This document shows positions 49,927-59,311 of a DNA stretch of 64,000 nt, piece after piece. Position numbers and translations under genes: made by a program. Positions within the stretch are counted from its first letter, which is position 1; every line of letters begins with the position of its first letter. The notes under the pieces were generated by a model, which was given only the letters and a program-made list of their open reading frames with translations, made no database searches and was not told the origin of the DNA. The stretch comes from a virus (Duplodnaviria; Caudoviricetes): positions 32,001 to 96,000 of the IMG/VR virus record IMGVR_UViG_3300037991_001277. The stretch is one strand, 5' to 3'.

Positions 49927-50352
49927 TTAGTTGTACTCAGTTATCATTTCATGCTCACTGTCATACGCTTTAGCCCACTCTTCAATTTCCTCGTAGTTGC
50001 TAGGGAGTGGGTTATCATAAGTCCAAATCCACATATGATACCCTTCTGCATCTGAGAACGCATTAGCGAGTCTGTATTCTTTATCGAGTGTGTTAATGAG
50101 TAAGCGTAATCGCTCTTGCTCTTTCTTGTTAGAGTACCCCTCTCCCTTGTAATCTAGGTTAGCAATATCCAACACTTGTTGAATGTAAGGTAGTATGTGT
50201 AGCGATGGCTCTTTGTGCCACTCTACACTACGCCTGAGTCTATAGCCGCTTTTCGCACTTGAGGATTTGCTAAAGTAAGTATTGAACTTTAACTCACCTA
50301 GCATGTAGCCTATACCTATACCGAATCCTGTTTTATCATCTGTCTGCATCAT
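49927..50352 (-). CDS. hypothetical protein, possible degenerate LAGLIDADG fold
   Basis: GYMLGELKFNTYFSK...KSGYRL weakly resembles the LAGLIDADG helix plus beta saddle. Confidence 0.45.
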   Translation of the reverse strand: MMQTDDKTGFGIGIGYMLGELKFNTYFSKSSSAKSGYRLRRSVEWHKEPSLHILPYIQQVLDIANLDYKGEGYSNKKEQERLRLLINTLDKEYRLANAFSDAEGYHMWIWTYDNPLPSNYEEIEEWAKAYDSEHEMITEYN

Positions 50353-50513
50353 CCGTTTATTCCCTCCCCACTCGTACAAGCAGCACACCAAAACTGAACA
50401 TCTGTTATCATTCCAGTCTCGTCAGTGTCTATTATCAGGCTAACTTCTTCTTTACCTTCAAAGTGCTCTTTGTCTAAATTACAACCACACTTACCGCATT
50501 TTGTTTCTTTCAT
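50349..50513 (-). CDS. 54-aa CxxC Zn-ribbon microprotein (not in ORF track)
   Basis: MKETKCGKCG...FWCAACT; ATGA overlaps on both sides. Confidence 0.6.
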   Translation of the reverse strand: MKETKCGKCGCNLDKEHFEGKEEVSLIIDTDETGMITDVQFWCAACTSGEGING

Positions 50514-51799
50514 GTCATTCCCCTCTCTATGAGTTCTGTGAACTGGGTAACATCACGAATACCCAAGTCCTCTCTTAAACCTATCACTGTGAAATTGATT
50601 AGTTGTCCTTTCTCACTTACTCGCACTGCTGCTACTTCTACAACCCAGCACCCTTCATTGATACCGGAGTAACCCTTCACATTTATGTCGTCAGTAGTCG
50701 CTACTGGTACGAAGTCGTCAATACCATCTATCGCACTAAGCGTAATTGACCCATCGAACTCAATGCCTCTTTCATGTATGGTTGCTCTAAGGAATACCTT
50801 AGTTCGGTCAGCGTGCATTACATACCCACCGATAGCATCAGGCTTGAACTTCTGCTCAGGCTTGATGAGTCTAATACATCTTACTTCGGGTGACTGCAAT
50901 TGATTAACAATATCATCCCAGTGCTCGTCTGTATTCATATCACTGAGATTACTTCTAAGATTGCGACTAGAGAACGGTGAGTCAGGATTTGCTTGCCTGA
51001 CTTCATCAAGTACAATACAATCGTAATCAAACTCATCAATTACTAATTCGATGTATGCATCTAAATCTTTGAAGGCATTGTGAGTAGTAGGTTGTCTAAC
51101 CCCTGCTCTGTTACGAATCTGTCCTTTGTAAGCATACACAATTTTACCTTCAGGTACAACCACTGCTAAGTGTTTCTCTTCAGGAGGAGAAAGTGATGTA
51201 TAGGCTTTCCAACGCATAGGTGCTGGAGGCATAGCATAATCCCACCATCTTTCAAGCCCAAGTATACTGTCTTTCTGATTGTAGACTTTAGCAATAGTGC
51301 TGATGTTCATGTTCGCTTGTAAGACATGAGTTGGTAAACCGTGTATACGAGCCAGTGTGCCGAAAAATGTTCTCTTTGTCATAAGAGGAGCACCCCCTTT
51401 ACCACATGAGCGTAAAGCCCACCTCCAAAGCAAGCGTGCCTCCTTTTCATTGAACTGCTTCGCTATTGCAGTGAAGGACTTTTCTACATTGAGTAAAGCA
51501 CGAACATACTTAGTGTCATAATCCCTTGAGCCATAGTTAGCACTCTCCGATGCTATTGTCATCCAAGGCTCTTCGTCAGGTAGCATATCTTTGACTACAT
51601 CATAAAACGATGCTGCTTCATAAGCGATTAGTCGAATTGGGTCTTGAGTAGGAACTGATGGAAATAAGAACTGAAAGAATACTATAGCATCGTCAGCATT
51701 CGTCAATCGTGCTAACTGCTGCAATCTGACTTCATGTGAATTATCCAATCTTATACGCTCATGTATATCAGCGAGTAATGCAAACTTTGTCATAACCAT
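50510..51799 (-). CDS. ATP-dependent DNA ligase-like protein, catalytic motif I degenerate
   Basis: Ligase-like N-terminus (KFALLADIHE) and OB-like end (VVEV...GLREDL); no KxDG motif. Confidence 0.55.
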   Translation of the reverse strand: MVMTKFALLADIHERIRLDNSHEVRLQQLARLTNADDAIVFFQFLFPSVPTQDPIRLIAYEAASFYDVVKDMLPDEEPWMTIASESANYGSRDYDTKYVRALLNVEKSFTAIAKQFNEKEARLLWRWALRSCGKGGAPLMTKRTFFGTLARIHGLPTHVLQANMNISTIAKVYNQKDSILGLERWWDYAMPPAPMRWKAYTSLSPPEEKHLAVVVPEGKIVYAYKGQIRNRAGVRQPTTHNAFKDLDAYIELVIDEFDYDCIVLDEVRQANPDSPFSSRNLRSNLSDMNTDEHWDDIVNQLQSPEVRCIRLIKPEQKFKPDAIGGYVMHADRTKVFLRATIHERGIEFDGSITLSAIDGIDDFVPVATTDDINVKGYSGINEGCWVVEVAAVRVSEKGQLINFTVIGLREDLGIRDVTQFTELIERGMT

Positions 51800-52128
51800 G
51801 CCTCAATAAAATCGGTGAAGTCATTCTGCCAACTGTTTGGCCGAGGCTGAGTACCTACTCCAAATATGTCAAATGACAAGTCACGAATCTTAATGGCACT
51901 GGTCTTGATACCCTTACGCTTAGCACACAGATACAAGCAGTCCACCATTAAACCGTGAGGACTTCTTTGATTTCTCCACCTATCGTCACCTGCTACCTTG
52001 ATTGATAGAGCCTTAGCGGAGGCATACTCGCCTCCCTTTAGACCCATAGCCAATGCTAGTTCCATGCCTCTATCTACACCAGCGTGCGCTGCTATAGCAC
52101 GAGCCAATATTTCTGCCTTATCACTCAT
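51790..52128 (-). CDS. TFB/TFIIB cyclin-repeat-like protein
   Basis: RSPHGLMVDCLYLCAKRKG...FGV resembles the TFB repeat GRSPxGxAAAxLYIA...GV. Confidence 0.55.
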   Translation of the reverse strand: MSDKAEILARAIAAHAGVDRGMELALAMGLKGGEYASAKALSIKVAGDDRWRNQRSPHGLMVDCLYLCAKRKGIKTSAIKIRDLSFDIFGVGTQPRPNSWQNDFTDFIEAWL

Positions 52129-52313
52129 TCTTTATCCCACACATTTTTCATAAAGTTGAAACCACCAGTCTCTTTCAATCGTTCACGAAGCGATTGATTT
52201 TCTCTTTCTAACTCCTTGACCTTCTTATCAAACGCTTCAAGGTTCGCTGTCAAAATCTTGATTGTAGCCTTCTGTATCTTTACCATCTTCTCTAAGTCTT
52301 TCTTCTTACTCAT
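52125..52313 (-). CDS. coiled-coil hypothetical protein
   Basis: Coupled ORF with heptad pattern. Confidence 0.55.
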   Translation of the reverse strand: MSKKKDLEKMVKIQKATIKILTANLEAFDKKVKELERENQSLRERLKETGGFNFMKNVWDKE

Positions 52314-52560
52314 CGCCTAACACCTTCTTTCTTGTTATCTTCAAATCACCGAGAACCCAACGGAGTCCATAGATGACTCCTTGTAGTCCTTTGAAATCCC
52401 TCATGTGCTGAACCTTCTGTTCCTTAGTCAGACCTTTACGCCTAAGTGCCATCAAGTGCTGATTCTGTTTTCGCTCAGCCTCCCATAGCAAATCTTCAAT
52501 CTCTTTCCAAGTACGGTTGTACCCAAAGTTCTCACTGTCTTGATGGTCGCTCATTGTCAT
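52306..52560 (-). CDS. hypothetical protein
   Basis: Coupled ORF; RBS GGAGGA. Confidence 0.6.
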   Translation of the reverse strand: MTMSDHQDSENFGYNRTWKEIEDLLWEAERKQNQHLMALRRKGLTKEQKVQHMRDFKGLQGVIYGLRWVLGDLKITRKKVLGDE

Positions 52561-52751
52561 ATCTTATCCTCCTTCAGTTTGTTCATATACTCTGTAATGG
52601 TTTCAGCGCATCTCCAACATACAGGTATGCCACTCATACATTGATGGGGATGACCCCAAATCTTGATTTGCTCAGGGTGAATATCAACACACAAAAGGCA
52701 GCGTCTCATTTCACCATCCTTAGTGTAATGATAACAAACTTCAGCCTTCAC
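52557..52751 (-). CDS. Cys-rich Zn-finger microprotein
   Basis: CLLC...CWRC. Confidence 0.5.
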   Translation of the reverse strand: MKAEVCYHYTKDGEMRRCLLCVDIHPEQIKIWGHPHQCMSGIPVCWRCAETITEYMNKLKEDKI

Positions 52752-53313
52752 TAACAGTCACCTCTTTCTTATTCTCCTTGATAGCGGAAACATCCATCAT
52801 GGCTGTCTCTATTTCAGTGACCTTGACATTGAGTAGTGTATCACCAGCACGAGTGCTAAGTGTTTCATCCATCAGTTTACTGATAGCCTTGTTCAATGCT
52901 GGGGCGTGCTTCTCTTCTTCAATGCTCCATTCAGAATCATTGGCAAGCATGGCTGCTATATCCTTGATAGCATTCTCAACTACCACACTGTAGTAGGTAG
53001 GGTCAGTATCTGTAGGTACAAAGTTACGGATAGCCATAGCCAGTAAACGAGTTATTACCTTCTTCTGAGGAAACTTGGCTGGCATTCTTTGCTCAACCTG
53101 AGCGCACTTTCGATAGCCTCTACCGTGAGTCTTGCCCTTAGTGTTGTCAGTATCAGACTCAATCAGTACAGCAGCACCAGTGTTCAAATCCATGACATAC
53201 AGTTGAGGGTCAGCGTAGTATTCCACTTTAGGGTCACGCTTATCCTTCTCGCTCTTACTAAGTTCACTACCTAGTTTACTCAATGCTTTACCAGTTCCAT
53301 CAGTCCATTCCAT
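52741..53313 (-). CDS. hypothetical protein
   Basis: Start ATG 53313 (MEWTDG), downstream of the promoter motif and GGTGA. Confidence 0.65.
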   Translation of the reverse strand: MEWTDGTGKALSKLGSELSKSEKDKRDPKVEYYADPQLYVMDLNTGAAVLIESDTDNTKGKTHGRGYRKCAQVEQRMPAKFPQKKVITRLLAMAIRNFVPTDTDPTYYSVVVENAIKDIAAMLANDSEWSIEEEKHAPALNKAISKLMDETLSTRAGDTLLNVKVTEIETAMMDVSAIKENKKEVTVSEG

Positions 53314-53328
53314 GTTATCACCATTCAT

Positions 53329-53347
53329 TGTTGCTTTATATATCAAT
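53329..53347 (-). promoter_or_regulatory. conserved viral promoter motif
   Basis: ATTGATATATAAAGCAACA ~15 nt upstream of ATG 53313. Confidence 0.8.
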
Positions 53348-53906
53348 CAAGGTCGAAAGTTGAATGAGTCATACCGTCTTGTGTAATAGCCCAATCATGT
53401 TTCTTAGCCTGATGCCTGAGTTCCCTTTGCCTCTTAATGAGTAGGCTGATTCTACTTTCAACATCAGTCCTTAGTTGTATGATACGAGAATTAACTGAAG
53501 CAAGTAGCGTTTTCATTTTGTCCTCATGCTCTTTCTGTGAGGCTTCTATGTCTGCTTTAAGTGCGATAAAATCATCAGCGTGTTCCAGTGCTGCTTTATC
53601 ACCAATGGCCTTGAGTGCTTCTTCTATCGCTGCGTCTACCTTTGTTTGGATAGTTTCTGATATATCCTCGTCTAACAACTTTTGAGCCTCAAGCAACTTC
53701 TCCATCTTCTCATCCATCTTATCCAGTTTTTTTACCAACTGCTTCTTAGTCAATTCATCATTTGCTACAACAGCGTACTTGTTATCTGTTTTAGTCCATA
53801 TGCCTTTGTAAAGACAATCGTGACATACCTTTTGCTTTGAATTGAATGAACTCCTTTGCATTTGCTTCTTGCATCTTTCACATTCTACAATGAGTCCACC
53901 CATCAA
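53343..53906 (-). CDS. Zn-finger plus coiled-coil protein
   Basis: CERC..CHDC followed by a long heptad region. Confidence 0.6.
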   Translation of the reverse strand: MMGGLIVECERCKKQMQRSSFNSKQKVCHDCLYKGIWTKTDNKYAVVANDELTKKQLVKKLDKMDEKMEKLLEAQKLLDEDISETIQTKVDAAIEEALKAIGDKAALEHADDFIALKADIEASQKEHEDKMKTLLASVNSRIIQLRTDVESRISLLIKRQRELRHQAKKHDWAITQDGMTHSTFDLD

Positions 53907-54226
53907 GCATCCCTCCTGTAGTTGCTAACATATAATTCTCCAGCATCAAAGTCAATGATACTTGGAGAAGAGAGCATATTCTCTGTCAATGTAGGTGGAG
54001 CGAAAGTTACAGCAGTCTTAGCAGTCTTTTGTTCCCCAGTCATACCAACGAATCTTTGACTCTTCACTTCTTCACAGCCTTCGCACAAAGGTAAAGTTCT
54101 TGCGAACCTATCGCTCAAACATCTATCGTGCCACGAACCTTCTACCTTGTCACCGCATAGGTATGCTTTACCATCTACGCTAGTATGCAATACTTTCGGT
54201 GTATATCTTCTATCACTCATCTTCAA
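53903..54226 (-). CDS. hypothetical Zn-binding protein
   Basis: H...LCG...CEGC pattern. Confidence 0.55.
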   Translation of the reverse strand: MKMSDRRYTPKVLHTSVDGKAYLCGDKVEGSWHDRCLSDRFARTLPLCEGCEEVKSQRFVGMTGEQKTAKTAVTFAPPTLTENMLSSPSIIDFDAGELYVSNYRRDA

Positions 54227-54314
54227 TCACCTTTTGGTCAGGCATCCATATACCACCCAGCCAATACAAAAATATCATCATCCCAATTCCACATAACAAT
54301 TCAATCATCTTCAC
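54213..54314 (-). CDS. 33-aa single-TM microprotein (not in ORF track)
   Basis: MKMIELLCGIGMMIFLYWLGGIWMPDQKVIEDE; GTGA overlap; RBS GGAGGAGG. Confidence 0.45.
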   Translation of the reverse strand: MKMIELLCGIGMMIFLYWLGGIWMPDQKVIEDE

Positions 54315-54730
54315 TCCTCCTCCATGCTTTCATCTACACTGTTATCTGATGCCATCTTGAAACAGTCATCTGCAATAACCCAGTCTTTAGAGTGGATAGT
54401 CACAGCGATAAGTGTACCACCCTTCGTGTTATACAGTTTACCTCTACACCATCTCTGTAGCCTACGAGTAGTCTTTTGACCGAATGACCATGTATAGTCT
54501 AACACTCTACCTTCGGATGTAATCTGAACTCCCATCTGTCCTTTACCATATGCCAAGTGATTGTTTTTGTCTATCTTGTGTAAGTCTATGACAAGTTGTT
54601 CTTTCCATTTGTTGTGGTCACCGGCTATTTCATCGGGTAACTTAGTGACATAGTTCAACAGAGACTCTATGCAAGTTCTACCTTCGTAGACTTTACAGGA
54701 TGCTTTCTCAGGCTCAAAGAAGAAACTCAT
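54311..54730 (-). CDS. hypothetical protein
   Basis: Coupled ORF; RBS GGAGGTGA. Confidence 0.6.
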   Translation of the reverse strand: MSFFFEPEKASCKVYEGRTCIESLLNYVTKLPDEIAGDHNKWKEQLVIDLHKIDKNNHLAYGKGQMGVQITSEGRVLDYTWSFGQKTTRRLQRWCRGKLYNTKGGTLIAVTIHSKDWVIADDCFKMASDNSVDESMEEE

Positions 54731-55251
54731 GCTGTCACCTCCAGTTCAGGTTCGACCCACCATGTAGGAGTAGGTGACCTATCCCACCGTGGTGGCCCGT
54801 TAGCGAATCGCTTGCTGTGGTAGTATGCTCGGTAAGCAGTAACAGCATTGTCATGTTTGTATTCATCAGGCATAGCCTGAGCAAAAGGAGTAAGGCCATC
54901 TTTTACAGGAATTATATGAGACATAGCCTCCAAGTGGCGAATGCCTTTCTCACAGAAGTGGGTCTTGCCAAACCTACGAGTGTATTCTTCACATAACTCT
55001 ACAGCATGAAGAGCAGCCCACTCAAAGTTGGCTCTTGAGTCTCCACACCAAACAGTGCAGGGGTGATGATGGTAACCGCCTTTCAGTGGTGTACCCTTCT
55101 TAGTCAATGGCATCATGTCAGGTGTAGCACCATGGCGAATCACTGCACTGCCAAGTTGTTGTAATAATTCTACGCACATCTTAGGCGAATGTTTGTCACA
55201 GTAGTGTCTTGCTGCTATGATTGGGTTGAAATGTAGGATAAATATGTTCAT
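54727..55251 (-). CDS. pyrimidine-dimer DNA glycosylase (DenV / Pyr_excise-like)
   Basis: MNIF.L......A....DKH..KM..E..Q, HPCTVW, EY..RFGK.H, F.QAMPDEY, AYRAYY. Confidence 0.8.
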   Translation of the reverse strand: MNIFILHFNPIIAARHYCDKHSPKMCVELLQQLGSAVIRHGATPDMMPLTKKGTPLKGGYHHHPCTVWCGDSRANFEWAALHAVELCEEYTRRFGKTHFCEKGIRHLEAMSHIIPVKDGLTPFAQAMPDEYKHDNAVTAYRAYYHSKRFANGPPRWDRSPTPTWWVEPELEVTA

Positions 55252-55333
55252 GTCACTCACCTACAAACTCACCAATGTATGGCATTTCATTATGTTCATC
55301 TGTCATTCTTATCAGTCCTATTTCAAACTCCAT

Positions 55334-55561
55334 TTATTTCACCTTCTCTTTGTATTCAGTATGTGTCTTAGGCAACTTATGTGTGCGTCTGTTACACATA
55401 TTATCTAGTAACTCACAAACATTGGCTACACCAGTAGACCAACGCTTCTCAGTAACATCATCAGTAACCATCACTTGTTTCAGTGATGTTAGGTCTATGC
55501 TATCACGAAGTAATGCAATCACTTCGTATTCCACATGGCTAACACTTGCTGCTCTTTCCAT
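55334..55561 (-). CDS. hypothetical protein
   Basis: ATG directly downstream of the promoter motif. Confidence 0.6.
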   Translation of the reverse strand: MERAASVSHVEYEVIALLRDSIDLTSLKQVMVTDDVTEKRWSTGVANVCELLDNMCNRRTHKLPKTHTEYKEKVK

Positions 55562-55575
55562 AGAGTGGTCTTTAG

Positions 55576-55594
55576 TGTTGCTTTATATATCAAC
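55576..55594 (-). promoter_or_regulatory. conserved viral promoter motif
   Basis: GTTGATATATAAAGCAACA ~14 nt upstream of ATG 55561. Confidence 0.8.
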
Positions 55595-55595
55595 T

Positions 55596-55856
55596 TCAAG
55601 AGTCGTCTTTTCTATCTGCTTGCTCTTGTGCATCTTTGATACTCTCAATTGCTTCTATGAGTCGTGGTAGCATCTCAGTCGCCTGTTCTATAGACAAGCG
55701 AACTCCGTGTCTAGTGTGCTGTTTACCATCACGAAGAATGCGTAGGTCAATCCAGTCTTTACCGTAGAAGTTTACATGAGCCAATCTTACATCGCCTCTA
55801 CCATCTTTCCATTTAGCCTCAAGGCTACTCGATTGCCAAACTACTTTCTCAGTCAT
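55596..55856 (-). CDS. PC4/Sub1-like ssDNA-binding / transcription coactivator
   Basis: FYGKDWIDLR...TRHGVRLSIEQ matches the PC4 pattern. Confidence 0.75.
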   Translation of the reverse strand: MTEKVVWQSSSLEAKWKDGRGDVRLAHVNFYGKDWIDLRILRDGKQHTRHGVRLSIEQATEMLPRLIEAIESIKDAQEQADRKDDS

Positions 55857-55858
55857 GT

Positions 55859-56062
55859 CTACTCCTCTTCATCTATAGGTTCATCACCAATGTACTCCCA
55901 GTGTTTATGTAAATCACGAGAGCACCATCGTTGATTCTCTAGTATGCTTTTATGCTTACCAGTCTCTTCTAGGTAGCGTAATTCAAAGACACCACTCAAA
56001 GGCTCAGAAACTATTTCTGCTAAGCGATGGGTATGCTTGTTTTGCCAGTAGCCACCAATCAC
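55859..56062 (-). CDS. hypothetical protein
   Basis: Coupled ORF. Confidence 0.5.
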   Translation of the reverse strand: MIGGYWQNKHTHRLAEIVSEPLSGVFELRYLEETGKHKSILENQRWCSRDLHKHWEYIGDEPIDEEE

Positions 56063-56778
56063 TCTTCTTCATCTCCAAGGAGTAGGTCTGCTTCTGATAC
56101 TCTAGCACAGTATGTACCCCACATCCACGGAGGAACTTTGTCTCCACTATCAGGACAAGTAGCACCTACTAATACACCGAGTTCTCCTGACTCAGCAGCA
56201 TCATACATCTGCTGTCTAGTCATAGCAATCATGTAAGTATCAGTATCTGTTACACGGTAACGCATAAACAATGAGTCACCAGCAAGTAAATTGTAATCAT
56301 CAGGATTCATTGTGATTGTATCACCTTCATCAGTTGGTACAGCAACGCCCCAATCTTCTACTGTGTGTGTTTCTCCGTTATCTAGCAGCACTTCTCTATT
56401 ACCAATGAAAACTGGATAGGCTTGCTCTAGTGGTAAGTCTGCTAATCTAGTACCGTTCTCTGTAGTCCAAGAAGCAGCAACCGCTTGACGCTCTTGCATT
56501 TCTTGTCTGAAAGCATCCTCGGCTGATAAAGCAGCACTGGTAATCATTGGGTTGTCGTCTATCATATTGATATTAACTGAGGCAAACAAGCCAGTAATAC
56601 GATTGTGATGTGCTTCTGAGTCAGGGTGGTCTACCCTATGCTCAAGTTGCAGTGTCTGCTCGTCTACCTTACGGTATCTACAGCCAGTTCCATCAGGTCG
56701 CCATACAGCCTTCTCAGCCATTTGGTTAAAGTGTTCTAACGCCCATACTTGTAATTCAGGTTCATATTCTTCTGTCAT
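56059..56778 (-). CDS. hypothetical acidic protein
   Basis: 239-aa ORF within the operon. Confidence 0.65.
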   Translation of the reverse strand: MTEEYEPELQVWALEHFNQMAEKAVWRPDGTGCRYRKVDEQTLQLEHRVDHPDSEAHHNRITGLFASVNINMIDDNPMITSAALSAEDAFRQEMQERQAVAASWTTENGTRLADLPLEQAYPVFIGNREVLLDNGETHTVEDWGVAVPTDEGDTITMNPDDYNLLAGDSLFMRYRVTDTDTYMIAMTRQQMYDAAESGELGVLVGATCPDSGDKVPPWMWGTYCARVSEADLLLGDEEE

Positions 56779-56782
56779 AATT

Positions 56783-57106
56783 TCACATCCATATATCTAG
56801 GTTTATCTTTTGGTTTTGATACAGTAGGAGTTTGTCGCAGCAGCGTACAACCAAGTAGTGATGATTCTCCATGATGAGAACCATCCCTTCTTTGAGTTCT
56901 TGCTCGCACTCAGGGCATACTTCGTAGATTCCCTCTGCCGATAGTATGACACCTAGTACCCACTCCTCGCCCCTCCCATCAGGGAGTTGTAATTGAACAT
57001 GCCGGAGGTCACACTTGTGACCATCAGGGAGTACCCACATACCATCAGGAGTGATGGCGGAGGGTTTCAACTCGGCATTCCTGTACTTCTCTTTATCTTC
57101 TTTCAT
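56783..57106 (-). CDS. CxxC hypothetical protein
   Basis: CPEC...RCC. Confidence 0.55.
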   Translation of the reverse strand: MKEDKEKYRNAELKPSAITPDGMWVLPDGHKCDLRHVQLQLPDGRGEEWVLGVILSAEGIYEVCPECEQELKEGMVLIMENHHYLVVRCCDKLLLYQNQKINLDIWM

Positions 57107-58665
57107 TACTCAACAGCCGCCTCTTCTTTCGGTGGGGCTTGTTTTACAGTGTAAGAAGGTGCTCTCTCAAAGTTAGGCTTGTGCTCTGCAAGTACAGCAG
57201 GTGCTCCTTGTCGCCACATAGCCACGACTTCTTGAGGGGATAAGTAATCTTCAGGGTCTATACGACCATACATGACTACAGTGATTTCGATAGAGCGAAT
57301 GCTCCATTCACCATTGTCATTCTTCTCTAGTCCATCGTGAGTACGATTAGCAAAGTGACCGCCACCATCAAGGTGAGCATTGGAAATAGCCTCCATGAAG
57401 TCGATACACTGCTGCTTGGTAGAGAAGCGAAGGTTTGTCATAATACCTGAAGCATTCCAGTCGCTTACTTCTTTACGGCCAACCACATAGTCTTTGATAA
57501 CATCAACTGGTTTCCAAACGAAGTCAGCAATTTCGTGACCATGAGACCTACGAGAGCGAACCTTGGTGTATTTCCAACCGTTCTCAACATCACCCTCTTT
57601 ACGATTCTTGCTGCTAGTGTTCTTCACATAAGCAGTCATTTCAGCAAGCCAACTCCAGTCAGACCATGAGTGCTGAGCAGTCTTACCCTTGCCAGTCTTA
57701 GAAACAATGTTGTCATTACGCTTTAGCATACGAGTCAAAGATTCACGAATGTGTTTGATTACATCTGCTTCAGGTACAGCCTGAGCCATTCCTCTACGCA
57801 TTTCATCCCATGATACTACATTCTTAGCATCCATGTCTTGCTGTGGCCTAGACCATTGGTGACTGTTCCAGCCACTGTGACATGGAGCACGCTTCCATGC
57901 AGTAATGAAACCATCAGCACCATTGTTTGCTCTTCGCATAGCCCACATGGTTTCAGTAGGTCTGTCGTGGTGTCGGCAGGTCTTTTCAGTGTCATTAGCC
58001 CACTTACATTCACCGTAGGTGTGGTTTATCGACCTGAAAATCGTACTGCTGTTATTAGCAGGTCGAATATGCACATCACCAAAGAAGTCTTGGAAAGCAT
58101 CTATCAGTTCAGCAAAGAACTCATCTGTCACCATAGTTGAGTGAGTGATTACGGTCTGCTTACTCATACGAATAACAGAATACTTCTCTGACAATGCAAC
58201 TGGGTCATGTCCTAACTCCTTGAGTTTGTCAGCCTTATCAGTGAACCATTCGCTGATATTGCTTGAAGCCCAACCAGTTTGTATGTAGAGTTCAGACTCA
58301 TTATCACCATACAGAATCGGTAATCCCATGTAATGATTGTAACCAATGACTTCATCATGGCCGCAAGAATCAACACTTGGTTTAGGTACTGTACCCCAAC
58401 CAACTTTACCTGTCATCATCACAGCAGCAGCACGAGTGTAGTTGTTCACCATGTCACTCCATGTCAGCCCAGTATCAGGGCCAGCCTTCATCAGCGTATA
58501 CGCAACTGCTGCATCCATAGGCCAGCACTTACGAATAGCATTCTTCGTTCTCCCAACAGCGTGGTCTACGATAATCGCTTCTTCGCTGAAATCTACAGCG
58601 TTTTCTACAATACCTGCTTTCTCGTATCTATCCCAACTTTGCCATCCTTTCCATTCTCCACTCAT
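57106..58665 (-). CDS. hypothetical protein (519 aa, Trp-rich)
   Basis: Long ORF; no family recognised. Confidence 0.7.
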   Translation of the reverse strand: MSGEWKGWQSWDRYEKAGIVENAVDFSEEAIIVDHAVGRTKNAIRKCWPMDAAVAYTLMKAGPDTGLTWSDMVNNYTRAAAVMMTGKVGWGTVPKPSVDSCGHDEVIGYNHYMGLPILYGDNESELYIQTGWASSNISEWFTDKADKLKELGHDPVALSEKYSVIRMSKQTVITHSTMVTDEFFAELIDAFQDFFGDVHIRPANNSSTIFRSINHTYGECKWANDTEKTCRHHDRPTETMWAMRRANNGADGFITAWKRAPCHSGWNSHQWSRPQQDMDAKNVVSWDEMRRGMAQAVPEADVIKHIRESLTRMLKRNDNIVSKTGKGKTAQHSWSDWSWLAEMTAYVKNTSSKNRKEGDVENGWKYTKVRSRRSHGHEIADFVWKPVDVIKDYVVGRKEVSDWNASGIMTNLRFSTKQQCIDFMEAISNAHLDGGGHFANRTHDGLEKNDNGEWSIRSIEITVVMYGRIDPEDYLSPQEVVAMWRQGAPAVLAEHKPNFERAPSYTVKQAPPKEEAAVE

Positions 58666-59258
58666 ACAATCAACTCCTCTATATCGTTTGTCTTTTCTAA
58701 TTTGGTTTGCTTACCTTCAATTGAATAACTACTCTTAATGTCCTTGCATCCCTTCTGTATCACATCTACTTTGTTGAATATCATACTCAAATCACCCATG
58801 TAATATCTGCTGTTACCATCGAAGATATACAGACTGGCATAGTGATTAGCGAATATGGGTTTAGGTGTAACACGCACCACATCCCAGTTCATTCTGTCTG
58901 AGTCTACTTCATCCATCTTCTGAGTCATCCTTTCAAAACTAGGCTTACCTGTTGATACAGTAAATACAGCATCACTAGACATAGTACCATCTAGTTTGTA
59001 TGTAGATACAGAGTCACTACCATGTCTGCTAGAATGGTATGCAAAAATAATCCCTGTAGGATTGTGCATAAATGCCAAGTATTCTCCCTGTAGCCAACTA
59101 TTAACAGGGCTGTAGTACAAAGTGTCTCTCGACCAACTTCTATGCTGGGCGTAGCCAAACTTCGCCTTTATTTCTGCCACTGTCATTTCAGAAGGGTGAG
59201 GTATTCCACTTCGCCCAACTATCTTCACATCATCTGTTTCGTTTGTCATGTTCATCAT
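58662..59258 (-). CDS. hypothetical protein
   Basis: ORF downstream of the promoter motif. Confidence 0.6.
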   Translation of the reverse strand: MMNMTNETDDVKIVGRSGIPHPSEMTVAEIKAKFGYAQHRSWSRDTLYYSPVNSWLQGEYLAFMHNPTGIIFAYHSSRHGSDSVSTYKLDGTMSSDAVFTVSTGKPSFERMTQKMDEVDSDRMNWDVVRVTPKPIFANHYASLYIFDGNSRYYMGDLSMIFNKVDVIQKGCKDIKSSYSIEGKQTKLEKTNDIEELIV

Positions 59259-59284
59259 TCCTTTGCTTCGTTTGTTTCATTCAT

Positions 59285-59303
59285 TGTTGCTTTATATATC
59301 AAC
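59285..59303 (-). promoter_or_regulatory. conserved viral promoter motif
   Basis: GTTGATATATAAAGCAACA. Confidence 0.75.
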
Positions 59304-59311
59304 TTCTCCAA

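Noticed and set aside
55253-55333. 26-aa ORF, and a similar one near 37407-37490
   Set aside because: Too short and featureless to support as genes.
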